Positions 39,868 to 49,827 of a stretch of 64,000 bases of DNA are shown here, one piece after another. The stretch spans positions 5,819-69,818 of the forward strand of contig CAMDDJ010000005.1 in the NCBI GenBank assembly GCA_945891385.1, given 5' to 3'. Source of the DNA: Candidatus Kuenenia stuttgartensis (GTDB lineage Bacteria; Planctomycetota; Planctomycetia; Pirellulales; UBA1268). Both the position numbers and the translations under genes were made by a program. Numbering within the stretch: position 1 is the stretch's first letter; every line of letters starts with the position of its first letter. The notes beneath the pieces are model-generated. The model worked only from the letters and a program-made list of their open reading frames with translations. It was not told the DNA's origin and searched no databases.

Positions 39868-40944
39868 TCAGAGGGTCTTCAGGCAGGCGAGGAAGGCGTC
39901 GATTTCGTCGTCGGTGCCCACCGTGATCCGCAGGCCATCGCCCCAGCCGGGATACTGCATGAAGCGAATCAGGATCTGCCGGGCCTTGAGCCCCTCGTAG
40001 ATTGCCCGGTGCGGCCGCTCCGGGTGGGTGCACCAGACGAAGTTGGCCTGGCTTTCCACCGGCAGGAAGCCGAGGTCACGGAGCGATTCGGTCAGCCGAC
40101 GACGGGTGGCGACAATCTTGTCGATGCAGTCCGCCAGCCAGGCCTGGTCATCGATCGCGGCGGTGGCGGCGGCGATCGAGAGGGCGTCGCAGTTGTAGGA
40201 GTCCTTGACCTTCCGCAGTTCGGCGATGATCTCCGGCCGGGCCACGGCGAAGCCGAACCGGAGGCCGGCCAGGGCGTACGACTTGCTGAAGGAGCGGGTC
40301 ACGATCACCCGCTCACACTGCCGGACGAGGTCGAGGCAATCGGCGTCGGCGAAGTCGCCGTAGGCTTCGTCCACCACCAGCGGACAGGGCAATTGATCGG
40401 CGATGGCCCTCACTTGCTCGGGCGGCACGAGCGTGCCCGACGGGCTGTTGGGATTTGCCAGGAACGCCAGCCGCAGGTCCGGCCGGACCGCGGCGAAGTC
40501 GTCGCCGAGCGACCAGTCGCTACGAAACATCACCTCTTCGCAGCCGGCTCCCTGAATCTCGGCCAGCGTCTTGTAGAGAATGTAGGAGGGATACGCCGTC
40601 CGCAGACACTGCCCTTCTCCAACGAAGGTCCGGACGAGGATCGTCAGCAGATCGTCCGAGCCGTTGCCGCAGAGGATCCAGTCGGGCTCGACGCCCAGGA
40701 GTTCGGCAGCCCGCACCCGGAAAACGGTGGCATGCGGATCGGGGTATTTGGCCAGCGTGCGACCGGCCACTGTGGCGGCGATCGCCCGGGCCACGGCCGG
40801 CGAGGGCGGATAGGGATTTTCGTTGGTGTTGAGTTTGATCCACTTGCCCACCTGGGGCTGCTCGCCGGGCACGTAGCCCTGGATCGCGGCAATGGCGGGG
40901 CGGACGAGGCGGGATGCAGCCGAAACCGAGGTGGCGGGATTCAT
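39868..40944 (-). CDS. hisC: histidinol-phosphate aminotransferase
   Basis: KLNTNENPYPPSP, NPNSPSG and SFSKSYALAGLR (PLP Lys) motifs. Start MNPATS at 40944. Confidence 0.88.
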   Translation of the reverse strand: MNPATSVSAASRLVRPAIAAIQGYVPGEQPQVGKWIKLNTNENPYPPSPAVARAIAATVAGRTLAKYPDPHATVFRVRAAELLGVEPDWILCGNGSDDLLTILVRTFVGEGQCLRTAYPSYILYKTLAEIQGAGCEEVMFRSDWSLGDDFAAVRPDLRLAFLANPNSPSGTLVPPEQVRAIADQLPCPLVVDEAYGDFADADCLDLVRQCERVIVTRSFSKSYALAGLRFGFAVARPEIIAELRKVKDSYNCDALSIAAATAAIDDQAWLADCIDKIVATRRRLTESLRDLGFLPVESQANFVWCTHPERPHRAIYEGLKARQILIRFMQYPGWGDGLRITVGTDDEIDAFLACLKTL

Positions 40945-40947
40945 GGC

Positions 40948-41000
40948 GGTGCCTGGGGCGAATCTCGGAAACTGGAACGACGGCGTAGCAAACCGAGCAG
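40948..41000 (+). repeat. family 2 short repeat motif (diverged, with internal insertion)
   Basis: GTGCCTGGGGC...CGGCGTAGCAAACCGAGCAG resembles 17478-17522 and 33410-33454. It sits directly next to family 1 copy 3. Confidence 0.35.
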
Positions 41001-41004
41001 GGAC

Positions 41005-41084
41005 GGCGAGGGGGTCGGCGAACGCTCGCGGAGCATGGTTGCCTATCCTCGCCCGCGACACGACTTGTGCCGCCCCCGAGCCGG
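41005..41084 (+). repeat. family 1 element, copy 3 (in the hisD-hisC spacer)
   Basis: GGCGAGGGGGTCGGCGAACGCTCGCGGAGCATGGTTGCCTATCCTCGCCCGCGACACGACTTGTGCCGCCCCCGAGCCGG. Confidence 0.7.
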
Positions 41085-41162
41085 TGCTCCATGGGACCTG
41101 GATGCTCGAAGGCGTCGCTGAAGTCTACCTCACGGCCCGGCTCGTCTCCGCCGGCGGAACCC

Positions 41163-42539
41163 TCACGACCGCTCCAAGCGGACGTCCACGCTGCGGCGAT
41201 GGGCCGTGAGGCCCTCGGTGTCGGCCAACGTCCGGATGTCGGCGGCCAGGTCGGCGAGGTCAGCCTCCGCGAGGGTGATCACGCTCCCGCCGCGGACAAA
41301 ATCGTTGGCCGAGAGGCCGGCCGCGAACCGGGCCGTGCCGCCGGTCGGCAGGACGTGGGACGGACCAGCCGCGTAGTCACCCGCAGCCACCGGACTCCAC
41401 GGTCCGAGGAAGGCGGCGCCGACGTGGCGGATCCGAGCGAGCGTGGCCTCGGGATCGCGAGTGTCGATCGAGAGGTGCTCGGCGGCAAGCTCATGGGCGA
41501 GATCGGCCGACTCCTCGTCGCTGCGGGTGACCACGATTCCGGCAAACCGCTCCAGGCTGTCGCGGGTAAGGTCGGCCCGTTCGAGCCCCGCAAGTTGGTC
41601 GGACAGCCGGGCGGCGACCGCATCCGCCACAGCATGGCTGGCTGTCAGCAGGATCGCGGAGCCGGGCGAATGCTCCGCCTGGGCAAGCATGTCGGCTGCG
41701 ATACTCGCCGGCCGTCCGGCATCATCCGCCACAACCACGATCTCGCTCGGCCCGGCGATCGAGTCGATCGCCACGTCACCGAACACGTATTCCTTGGCCA
41801 AAGCCACGAACAGATTGCCTGGCCCGACGATCTTGTCGACCCGAGGGAGCCCTTCGACCCCGTACGCAAGCGCGGCCACAGCCTGGGCCCCGCCGGCCCG
41901 CACGACGGTGGTCACGCCGAGTTCGTGGCAGGTGGCGAGCACCTGCTGGTTGTCAGCGCCGAACGGCGTCGGGGGAGCGACGACGACGATCTCGCCCACA
42001 CCGGCCACGCGGGCGGGCACGACCGTCATCAAGAGCGTGGAGGGATACGCCGCCGCGCCACCGGGAACGCACACGCCCACGCGATCGAGGGGCACATACC
42101 GCTGCCGCAGCGAACCGCCACCAGGGAGCGGCACCGTCACGTCGCGGGCGAGCACGGCCTCCTGGAATCGGATGACACGATCACGGATGCGGCGCACCGC
42201 TCCCAAGAAGCCGGGATCCGCCGCGGCGTGGGCGGCGGCCAGCCGCGCCGCCGGAACGATCAGCGACCCCGCGTCGGTCTCGGCCCGGTCGATCCTCCGC
42301 GAATAGTCGAGCAGGGCCTCTCGTCCTTTGGCCCGAACGTCTTCGCAAATCCGGGCGACGACCTGCCGCGGCGAAAGAGGCTCACCGAAGACGTCGATCG
42401 TGCGTTGGCGACTGGCCGGGCTGACGACGTCGCCCTGCGAGACGAGTTTCGACCGAAGGGCATCGAGCCGCGCCCGTCCGTCGGACTCGGCGAGATCGAT
42501 GCGGGCACAGAGATTCAATGCGTTGGATGCGACAGTCAT
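41163..42539 (-). CDS. hisD: histidinol dehydrogenase
   Basis: 458 aa with RVGVCVPGGAAAYPSTLLM, GGAQAVAALAYG and QAEH motifs. Confidence 0.9.
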   Translation of the reverse strand: MTVASNALNLCARIDLAESDGRARLDALRSKLVSQGDVVSPASRQRTIDVFGEPLSPRQVVARICEDVRAKGREALLDYSRRIDRAETDAGSLIVPAARLAAAHAAADPGFLGAVRRIRDRVIRFQEAVLARDVTVPLPGGGSLRQRYVPLDRVGVCVPGGAAAYPSTLLMTVVPARVAGVGEIVVVAPPTPFGADNQQVLATCHELGVTTVVRAGGAQAVAALAYGVEGLPRVDKIVGPGNLFVALAKEYVFGDVAIDSIAGPSEIVVVADDAGRPASIAADMLAQAEHSPGSAILLTASHAVADAVAARLSDQLAGLERADLTRDSLERFAGIVVTRSDEESADLAHELAAEHLSIDTRDPEATLARIRHVGAAFLGPWSPVAAGDYAAGPSHVLPTGGTARFAAGLSANDFVRGGSVITLAEADLADLAADIRTLADTEGLTAHRRSVDVRLERS

Positions 42540-42672
42540 ATGCCTTTCAAGATACCCGCCAGAACTTCATGGGGTTGAACGTGATTCCGTACGGGTTGGC
42601 CCCAGGGAACGCGGATGGAACCCTCGACCATTGCCGATAGTAGCCGCTGCCCACAAGCCGGCGAGCGGCGGG

Positions 42673-43695
42673 TCAGCGATCCGCAGGGGTGTTGGCCGCC
42701 AGCGCGACGGCCGGAGCCGACACGTCGCCGTGCAGCCAACGTTCCTCGATGGCCGCCAGCATCGTTCGGGCCGGAGCGTCGCCTGCCGGGAGATCGGCAG
42801 CCAAATCCTGAAGAATCCGCCGTCCACGAACGCGGAGCGGAGCGACCTGACCGGGCTCGTCCTCGGCGAGCCGGCCGTCGAGCGCGACGGCCCTGGCGCA
42901 GGCTGCCTCGGCCTCGTCGCCGCGGCCGAGCCAGGTGAGCACCATCGCCTGTCGAATGTAGAGGTCTGGATCATCGGCCGCAGCTGCCACGGCGCGGCGA
43001 TACGAAGCCGCAGCGGCCGAAAGCCGCGCCGGCTCCGCGCCGGAGGCGAGCAGATGCCGGTCACCGGCGGTGACGAGGCCCGCCGCCCGCTTGCGAGCGG
43101 CGACGGTGATCGGCCGGCGGAGTCTCGGCGCGGGGGCCGCGGCGACGGCCGTCGGCACTGGCCTGACCGGGGCAGGAATGACCTGAACCGGTGACGCTGC
43201 CACAGCCGTCATGGCAGCCCGCGGACGCGACACCTCACCGAACCAGAAGGGCGGCACGCCATAAGGCGCCCAGACCGGCACAGGATAGGGCACGACGCTG
43301 CCCGAGAAAAACGTAGCCCCGCCGCCGAAGGGCACGCTCAGGAAGACACTTTCGCAACCAGAGGAGAATCCGCCACCGTACCAGCCGCCGAAACCCGGCC
43401 AGCCATACCCGTAACTGATGCAGGGTGCTCGCCAACCAAAAAATGGACGGCAGCCGAAGCCCCAGCCGTATGCGGGCCCGACAAACCCGGGCCCGACAAG
43501 GCCAGGGCCGCACCAACCGCGGCTCCAGCCCCATCCGTAGCCGAAGCCACGGTTCACGAAGCCGACTCGACCGCACCCGCGCCATGCCAAGGCCTCGGGT
43601 GCCCCAGCGACGACGATCAACGCTGCCACCATCGCTGAAAACCAGGTGCTTCGCATACCCGAGTCCCTCCGGAGCGGCGGTGATGCGTGTGACAC
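42673..43695 (-). CDS. secreted Gly/Trp/aromatic-rich protein with TPR-like C-terminus
   Basis: Signal-like N-terminus (MRSTWFSAMVAALIVVAGAPEALA), a ~115-aa G/W/F/Y/C low-complexity region, then a helical Ala-rich TPR-like tail. Confidence 0.6.
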   Translation of the reverse strand: MSHASPPLRRDSGMRSTWFSAMVAALIVVAGAPEALAWRGCGRVGFVNRGFGYGWGWSRGWCGPGLVGPGFVGPAYGWGFGCRPFFGWRAPCISYGYGWPGFGGWYGGGFSSGCESVFLSVPFGGGATFFSGSVVPYPVPVWAPYGVPPFWFGEVSRPRAAMTAVAASPVQVIPAPVRPVPTAVAAAPAPRLRRPITVAARKRAAGLVTAGDRHLLASGAEPARLSAAAASYRRAVAAAADDPDLYIRQAMVLTWLGRGDEAEAACARAVALDGRLAEDEPGQVAPLRVRGRRILQDLAADLPAGDAPARTMLAAIEERWLHGDVSAPAVALAANTPADR

Positions 43696-43802
43696 TCACC
43701 GCATCCAATCGTACCGCAGTCGGTGATGCCGGGCGAACCCTCTTGGCTCGTTCGCGTCGGGCACCTCCTCACGAAAAAACCACAGATTCTTCGATTTCGG
43801 CT

Positions 43803-44504
43803 ATGATCCCTGGGACGGAAGGCTTTCGTTTTCGTATGGAAGCTGCGGCAGAGCCGGAGGTTGGTCGGATGCTACAAACGCTTGCAGAGGCAGTCAGCCT
43901 CGGTCTTCCCCGGGACGTGGAATCAACGCTCAGGGGTCTGCGAACCCCGTCGAGAATCCAGAATTTCATCAATCGGATTCCGTGGAACTACGGGGAAAAC
44001 GGTCACACATCCCGATCCGTCGCCGGAGTGCTCGAATACAACGTGGCCCACTGCATCGAGGCGGCGTTTGTGGCTTCGGCGGCACTGGCCCTGAACGGCC
44101 ACCCCCCCCTTCTGATGGACATGGGGGCCGCCCGGGGCGACGTGGACCATGTCGTGGCCCTATTTCGCCGCCGGGGGTTGTGGGGTGCGATTTCCAAGAG
44201 CAACAGCCCCCTGCTCCGCTATCGCGACCCGATCTACCGCTCCCTCCGAGAACTCTCGATCTCGTTCTTCCCCCAGTATGTGAAGGGGCGGAGAAAGACC
44301 CTCCGAACGTATTCCGTCCCGGTGGACCTGCGGAAGTACGACCCGGCCCTGTGGGTGACCCGGGCGGGCGACTGCTGCGTGGAGATGGTGGAGATCCTCA
44401 CGGCTGCTCGCCACTTTCCGATCGTGCCCCCGGAGATGGAGGGCAACCTCCGGCCGATCGACGAGATCGAGGAGCGGGGCAGCCTGATCTACGAGCACGA
44501 GTGA
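43803..44504 (+). CDS. hypothetical protein, possible Cys-His hydrolase (transglutaminase/papain-like) fold
   Basis: 233-aa ORF in a visibly lower-GC patch. It has a candidate catalytic spacing of AHCIEAAF ... DHVVALF. The start is ambiguous (43803/43836). Confidence 0.5.
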   Translation: MIPGTEGFRFRMEAAAEPEVGRMLQTLAEAVSLGLPRDVESTLRGLRTPSRIQNFINRIPWNYGENGHTSRSVAGVLEYNVAHCIEAAFVASAALALNGHPPLLMDMGAARGDVDHVVALFRRRGLWGAISKSNSPLLRYRDPIYRSLRELSISFFPQYVKGRRKTLRTYSVPVDLRKYDPALWVTRAGDCCVEMVEILTAARHFPIVPPEMEGNLRPIDEIEERGSLIYEHE

Positions 44505-44540
44505 CGGCTGCGGCTCGCGGCTCGGGTCAGCTCTGGCGTG

Positions 44541-44622
44541 CCGGCTCGGGGACGGCAAAAGTCGCGTCGCGGGCGAGGATACGCCCCGATTGCTCCGCGA
44601 GCGTTCGCCGACCCCCAAGCCT
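44541..44622 (-). repeat. family 1 element, copy 4 (inverted orientation, between convergent genes)
   Basis: The reverse complement reads AGGCTTGGGGGTCGGCGAACGCTCGCGGAGCAATCGGGGCGTATCCTCGCCCGCGACGCGACTTTTGCCGTCCCCGAGCCGG. Confidence 0.7.
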
Positions 44623-44645
44623 CGGGTCAAACCTGGCGCTGCGGC

Positions 44646-45464
44646 TCACATCGCGGCCTGGCCGAGCAGCTTCCGGAGGGCGGTGATGGCGATTTCCCCG
44701 AACTGCCGCGGCGGCACGCCCCAGAGGCCGGGATTATGGAGCTCCACGGCCACGGCTCCCAGGTAGCCGATCTGCTCGAGCCTTGCGATGAGGTCGGTTG
44801 GGGGCGAGTTGCCCTCGCCCGGCAGGATCCGATCGGCGTCGCTCGCCATCTCGCGCGGCACGTCGGTGATGTCGGAGAGGTGCACGTGGGCGAGCGTCTC
44901 TTTCGACAGAAGACCGAGGTCGAGCGGTTTGCTCGGGCCGACGGTGAAGTGAAACCAGTCGAGGCAGAGGCCCAGCGCCGGGTGTCCCACGTCCTCCACC
45001 ACGGCCAGAGCCGACTGGAGGTTGTTGGGGAAGGCGGCCCGAGCGTCGAACTCCAGGGCCAGCCGCACGCCGGAATCGGCGGCCCGCTTGGCGGCCTCGA
45101 CGAGGCTGGCCGAGAGGCGGCCGAGATCCTGGGGCGAAAGCGGCCCGAAGGCATCGCCCGCGACGACGAGCACGGGGATGCCCAACTCGCGGCAGAGCGT
45201 CAGCCGACCCTCGAAGGTCTTCCAGTGTTCCCGGCGGGCCTCGCCCTGGCTCGTGAGCAGGCCTCCCTGAAAGCTCGCGGCGACGGCCGCCATGCCCTGC
45301 CGAACGAAGAGTTCTCGCAGGATCTCCACCGGGCGGTCGGCGAGAAAACCGTCGGCCTGGCCGAGCCAGAGATCGACGGCATCGACATGGCCCGCCGCGT
45401 AGTCCTCGAGGATCGTCTCGAGCGGGCTCTCAAGACTCGAGACCGTGGCGATCGCAGGCTTCAT
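44646..45464 (-). CDS. sugar phosphate isomerase/epimerase (xylose isomerase-like TIM barrel)
   Basis: 272 aa with RLALEF and HVHLSD motifs. The ATG overlaps the glyQS stop (ATGA at 45461-45464). Confidence 0.72.
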   Translation of the reverse strand: MKPAIATVSSLESPLETILEDYAAGHVDAVDLWLGQADGFLADRPVEILRELFVRQGMAAVAASFQGGLLTSQGEARREHWKTFEGRLTLCRELGIPVLVVAGDAFGPLSPQDLGRLSASLVEAAKRAADSGVRLALEFDARAAFPNNLQSALAVVEDVGHPALGLCLDWFHFTVGPSKPLDLGLLSKETLAHVHLSDITDVPREMASDADRILPGEGNSPPTDLIARLEQIGYLGAVAVELHNPGLWGVPPRQFGEIAITALRKLLGQAAM

Positions 45465-47104
45465 CCGAGCCGATCCCGCAGCAGGTCCACCACCTCGGCG
45501 AGCGGCAGCCGCTCCTGAGCGAGCGAATCGCGGTCGCGGAGCGTGACCGTCTTGTCCGACAGGGTCTGGCCGTCGATGGTCACACACCAGGGCGTGCCCG
45601 CCTCGTCCTGCCGGGCGTAGCGGCGGCCCACGGAGCCCTTCTCGTCGTATTGGCAGGGCATGTGCCGCTTGAGGCTCCGGTAGAGCTCAATGGCGACTTC
45701 AGGCATCCCGTCCTTCTTGACCAGCGGAAGAATGGCCGCCTTCACCGGGGCCAGGCGGGGGTGCAGTTTCATCACCGTCCGGCTCCGGGGCTTGCCGTCT
45801 TCGTCGGGCACCTCGTCTTCGTGGTAGGCATCGCACAGGAATGCGAGCACCGCCCGATCAGCGCCGGCCGAGGGCTCGATCACATGGGGCACGTACCGCT
45901 CCCTCGTGATGTCGTCGAAGTAGGAGAGATCCTTGCCGCTGCCGCGGTGCCGGGGCTTCCCGTCGTCGCCGGTCTCGACCACGAGTGCGCCGTCGCGGCG
46001 GACGAGCTTGCCCTCCATGTGGCTGCGGAGGTCGAAATCACCGCGGTGGGCGATGCCCTCAAGCTCACCGAATTCGCCCTCGGCCAGGAATGGAAACGCG
46101 TATTCGATGTCGGCGGTACCGACGGAATAGTGGGAAAGCTCATCTTTGTCGTGCTCCCGCAGCTGGAGCTTGCCCTCGGTGAGCCCGAGATTGAGATACC
46201 ACTTCCAGCGACGGTCCCGCCAGTAGCGATACCACTCGGAGGAATCGGCAGGCCGGCAGAAGAACTCGATCTCCATCTGCTCGAACTCACGGGACCGGAA
46301 GGTGAAGTTTCTCGGCGTGATCTCGTTGCGGAAGCTCTTCCCGATCTGGGCGATGCCGAAGGGCACCCGCACCCGCGAGGTGTCGCAGACGTTTTTGAAG
46401 TTGACGAAGATACCCTGGGCGGTCTCCGGCCTGAGGAACGCTCGGTCGTCATCGTCGCCGGCCAAGGCGCCGATCCGCGTCTCGAACATCAGGTTGAATT
46501 CGCGCGGTTCGGTCAGCGTGCCGGCCGCGGAAGCATCCGGGCCGATCGCCTCGGCCAGGGCCACCCCGGCCGCGACCGCGGCGGGAAGCGGGAGCGGCTC
46601 CCCTTCCCACTCGATCTCCTCGACCTGCTTGGCCCGCAGACCGAAGCACTTCTGGGCCCGGGCGGTCAGTTCCGTCGGCACGTCGTCACCGGAGGCGTCG
46701 GTCGTGACAAAGGCCCGCTTGCCCCGGTGGACCGCCCAACGGCCGCTGAGGTGGTCGTAGCGATACCGCCGCTTCGACTCGCGGCAATCAATCATCCAAT
46801 CGTGAAAGAGATCGAAATGGCCCGAGCACTTCCAGACCTGCGGGTGCATGATGATCGTGCAGTCGAGGCCCGCCATTTCGTAGGGCGACGGGGCGCCGGC
46901 CAGCGTGGCCAGTTCGTCGTGGCCCGCCACCATGTCGTGCCACCAGCAGTCCTTCAGATTTCGCTTCAGGGCCACGCCCAGGGGCCCGTAGTCCCAAAAG
47001 CCGTTGAGACCGCCGTAGATCTCGCTCGACTGAAAGATGAAGCCGCGGCGTTTGGCCAGCGACACGATGCGGTCCATCCGCGACTGGTCGTTCGGTTTGC
47101 TCAT
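45461..47104 (-). CDS. glyQS: glycine--tRNA ligase (dimeric GlyQS type)
   Basis: RRGFIFQSSEIYGGLNGFWDYGPLG N-terminus and class II motifs. Start MSKPND at 47104. Confidence 0.9.
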   Translation of the reverse strand: MSKPNDQSRMDRIVSLAKRRGFIFQSSEIYGGLNGFWDYGPLGVALKRNLKDCWWHDMVAGHDELATLAGAPSPYEMAGLDCTIIMHPQVWKCSGHFDLFHDWMIDCRESKRRYRYDHLSGRWAVHRGKRAFVTTDASGDDVPTELTARAQKCFGLRAKQVEEIEWEGEPLPLPAAVAAGVALAEAIGPDASAAGTLTEPREFNLMFETRIGALAGDDDDRAFLRPETAQGIFVNFKNVCDTSRVRVPFGIAQIGKSFRNEITPRNFTFRSREFEQMEIEFFCRPADSSEWYRYWRDRRWKWYLNLGLTEGKLQLREHDKDELSHYSVGTADIEYAFPFLAEGEFGELEGIAHRGDFDLRSHMEGKLVRRDGALVVETGDDGKPRHRGSGKDLSYFDDITRERYVPHVIEPSAGADRAVLAFLCDAYHEDEVPDEDGKPRSRTVMKLHPRLAPVKAAILPLVKKDGMPEVAIELYRSLKRHMPCQYDEKGSVGRRYARQDEAGTPWCVTIDGQTLSDKTVTLRDRDSLAQERLPLAEVVDLLRDRLG

Positions 47105-47290
47105 GAAAAGAGGCTGCAAGAGGGGGGCAGGCACCGCACCCGGGGCCTGAACTGGTATCACGAGGCTCGTACCTTACCCAGATTTGGTGGCAGGCACCAT
47201 TTCAGCCTGGTTTTGAGCCTGAGTGGCCGCGATCATCGATCGCTCCGCCGGAACAGAGCCGTTTCTCTTTCTCGTCGGGGGCCTACCATA

Positions 47291-48151
47291 GTGGAGGTCC
47301 TGCGACCCGACGATCATCTTGACCCCGATTTCGAGCTGCCAGTGTCTGCCGATCCAGCCACCTTCGCCCCACCCTTGCCAACCGCCTCTGGCAGCCAGGT
47401 CTCCGGTGGCGTCGACAAGACGGGCGACCGCGTCCGTGGGATGTTCGCCGAGATCGCTCCCCGTTACGACCTCGCCAACCGGATGCTCTCAGGCGGCATC
47501 GACGTGCTCTGGCGGCGAGCCACGGTGCGGCGGGCGCCGCCGCCGGCTGCCGGGGCGATCCTCGACGTCTGCTGCGGCACCGGAGACCTTGCGCTCGCCT
47601 ACGCGGCCAAGGCGGGGCCGAACGTTCGGATCGTGGCCAGCGACTTCTGCCGACCCATGCTCGACCGGGGCGCAGAGAAAGGAGCCCGGGCGGGCCGGCC
47701 GATCGAATGGGTCGAGGCCGACGCCATGGCCCTGCCCTTCCCGGATGCGACGTTCGATCTCGTGACCGTCGCGTTCGGTCTGCGAAACATCGCCGATACG
47801 AGCCGTGGCCTGGCCGAGATGGCCCGGGTGACAAGGCCTGGCGGCCGATTGGCGATCCTTGAGTTTTCGTTGCCTCGCTCCGCTCTGATCCGACACGGCT
47901 ATCTCTGGTACTTCCGCAACGTGCTGCCGCGGCTGGGCAACGCCCTGGCCCGCAACCGGTCGGATGCCTACACCTATCTCAACCAGAGCGTGGAGGAGTT
48001 TCCGTCGGGCGAGCGGCTCGCTGCGGTGGTACGTGCGGCGGGTTACGAGGCCGTGACGATGCTCCCGCTCACGTTCGGAATCGCCACGCTCACCATCGCC
48101 ACACGGGCAGCGACTGCTGCGGCTTCCGCGGGGGCTGCAGTGAATGGCTGA
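47291..48151 (+). CDS. ubiE: demethylmenaquinone/ubiquinone C-methyltransferase
   Basis: FAEIAPRYDLANRMLSGG and the SAM motif LDVCCGTGD. There is no upstream ATG, so the in-frame GTG at 47291 was chosen (uncertain). Confidence 0.8.
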   Translation: MEVLRPDDHLDPDFELPVSADPATFAPPLPTASGSQVSGGVDKTGDRVRGMFAEIAPRYDLANRMLSGGIDVLWRRATVRRAPPPAAGAILDVCCGTGDLALAYAAKAGPNVRIVASDFCRPMLDRGAEKGARAGRPIEWVEADAMALPFPDATFDLVTVAFGLRNIADTSRGLAEMARVTRPGGRLAILEFSLPRSALIRHGYLWYFRNVLPRLGNALARNRSDAYTYLNQSVEEFPSGERLAAVVRAAGYEAVTMLPLTFGIATLTIATRAATAAASAGAAVNG

Positions 48152-48755
48152 TACGTTCCCGCTCGTCGTGGCGATCACTGGAGCCTCCGGGGCTCCCTAC
48201 GGCGTCCGCCTACTCGACGTGCTCCTGGCCGCAGGCCGGGAGGTGCACCTGATTGTCAGCCCCGCGGGGCAGGCGGTGATCGCAGAGGAACTCGGCAGGC
48301 GAGTCGACCTCGAATCGCTGGATCCGCTGGTTTTGCTCGGCCACCCCCCACCGGCCGCCGGCCGGCTGCATCTCCATCACTACCGCGACCTGATGGCCCC
48401 GATCGCCAGCGGCTCATTTCTCACAGCGGGCATGGTGATCTGTCCCTGTAGCGGCAGCACGCTCGCGGCCGTGGCCCACTCCATGGGCGAGAACCTGATT
48501 CACAGGGCCGCGGAGGTTCACCTCAAGGAGCGGCGAACGCTCGTTGTTGTGCCGCGTGAGACACCACTCTCGCTTCCGCAGCTTAAAAATATGCAGGCCA
48601 TCCACGAGGCCGGGGCCGTCGTACTTCCGGCTTCCCCTGGTTTCTACGCCAAGGCTGAAACCGTGGCTGATCTCGTCGATTTCGTCGTCGCTCGCATCTG
48701 CGACCAACTCGGCGTTGCCAACTCCTTGATCCGCCGATGGGGCACGGAGGCATGA
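48144..48755 (+). CDS. ubiX: flavin prenyltransferase UbiX-family
   Basis: VVAITGASGAPYG and PCSGSTLAAVA motifs. Confidence 0.88.
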   Translation: MADTFPLVVAITGASGAPYGVRLLDVLLAAGREVHLIVSPAGQAVIAEELGRRVDLESLDPLVLLGHPPPAAGRLHLHHYRDLMAPIASGSFLTAGMVICPCSGSTLAAVAHSMGENLIHRAAEVHLKERRTLVVVPRETPLSLPQLKNMQAIHEAGAVVLPASPGFYAKAETVADLVDFVVARICDQLGVANSLIRRWGTEA

Positions 48756-49735
48756 TGGCCACTTCCACGATCACCCCGGCGGCTACGGACCACCGCACCG
48801 CGGCGGAGTCTCCGGCGAGGCTGAACCGGGGGCGGCTCGGCACCTATCTCGAACTCGTGCGGTTCAGCCACACGATCTTCGCCCTGCCCTTCGCCGTCAT
48901 GGCCGCGTTGATCGCGATTCATGCCGATGGGCAGGGCGGCTCGGCCGGCTTTACGCAGTCGCTCGTCCTCCGGATGCTCGGCATCCTGGCCTGCATGGTG
49001 ACGGCCCGCACGGCCGCGATGGCTTTCAACCGGCTTGCAGACCGCACGATCGACGCTGAAAACCCCCGCACCGCCAATCGGCACCTGCCGCGGGGCGACG
49101 TGTCACCCCGGAACGTGCTCCTCCTCGTCGTTGCCTCTGCGATCGGCTTCATTGCCGCCACGCTGCTGTTTCTGCCCAATTGGTTGCCGCTTGTCCTCGC
49201 GCTGCCGGTACTCGCCTGGCTGCTCGGCTATTCATTTGCCAAGCGATTTACGTCGCTCGCACACCTCTGGCTGGGTGCGGCCCTGGGGCTGGCGCCCGTC
49301 GCCGCCTGGATCGCCCTCCGCGGCGAGACGCTGCTCCACGATCCGGCCGACATGACGCCCGCCCTGATCCTCGGATTGGCCGTCACCGCCTGGGTTGCGG
49401 GTTTCGATATCATCTACGCCTGCCAGGACGCCGGCTTTGATGCCTCCCACGGCCTTCACAGCGTGCCCGCCCGGGTGGGCGTGGCTGCGGCGCTCACCCG
49501 GGCAAAGTGGCTCCACATCGCCACGCTCCTGCTGCTGGCCCTGCTCCCGCAGGCTGTGCCAGAACTCGGCGCGATCTACTGGGTCGCCGTCGCGGCCATT
49601 GCCGCGTTGCTCGCCTGGGAGCATGCTCTCGTGCGGCCAGACGACCTCTCCCGCGTCAACCAGGCCTTCTTCACCGCCAACGCCGCCATCGGCCTCGTCC
49701 TTCTGGCCGCGATCGGCATCGACCTCTGGGTGTGA
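48737..49735 (+). CDS. UbiA-family aromatic prenyltransferase (MqnP-like)
   Basis: NRLADRTIDAENPRTANR Asp-rich motif and about 8-9 TM helices. It overlaps the ubiX end (alternative start at 48752). Confidence 0.8.
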   Translation: MGHGGMMATSTITPAATDHRTAAESPARLNRGRLGTYLELVRFSHTIFALPFAVMAALIAIHADGQGGSAGFTQSLVLRMLGILACMVTARTAAMAFNRLADRTIDAENPRTANRHLPRGDVSPRNVLLLVVASAIGFIAATLLFLPNWLPLVLALPVLAWLLGYSFAKRFTSLAHLWLGAALGLAPVAAWIALRGETLLHDPADMTPALILGLAVTAWVAGFDIIYACQDAGFDASHGLHSVPARVGVAAALTRAKWLHIATLLLLALLPQAVPELGAIYWVAVAAIAALLAWEHALVRPDDLSRVNQAFFTANAAIGLVLLAAIGIDLWV

Positions 49736-49827
49736 CGATCGTCGCTCCAGTTGCGAATTCCGCCCGCCTGCGGTTCTCTAGGTGAACCCGGGGTCCAGGA
49801 CGGTCCCCCCAACCGAGGAGATTCCTC

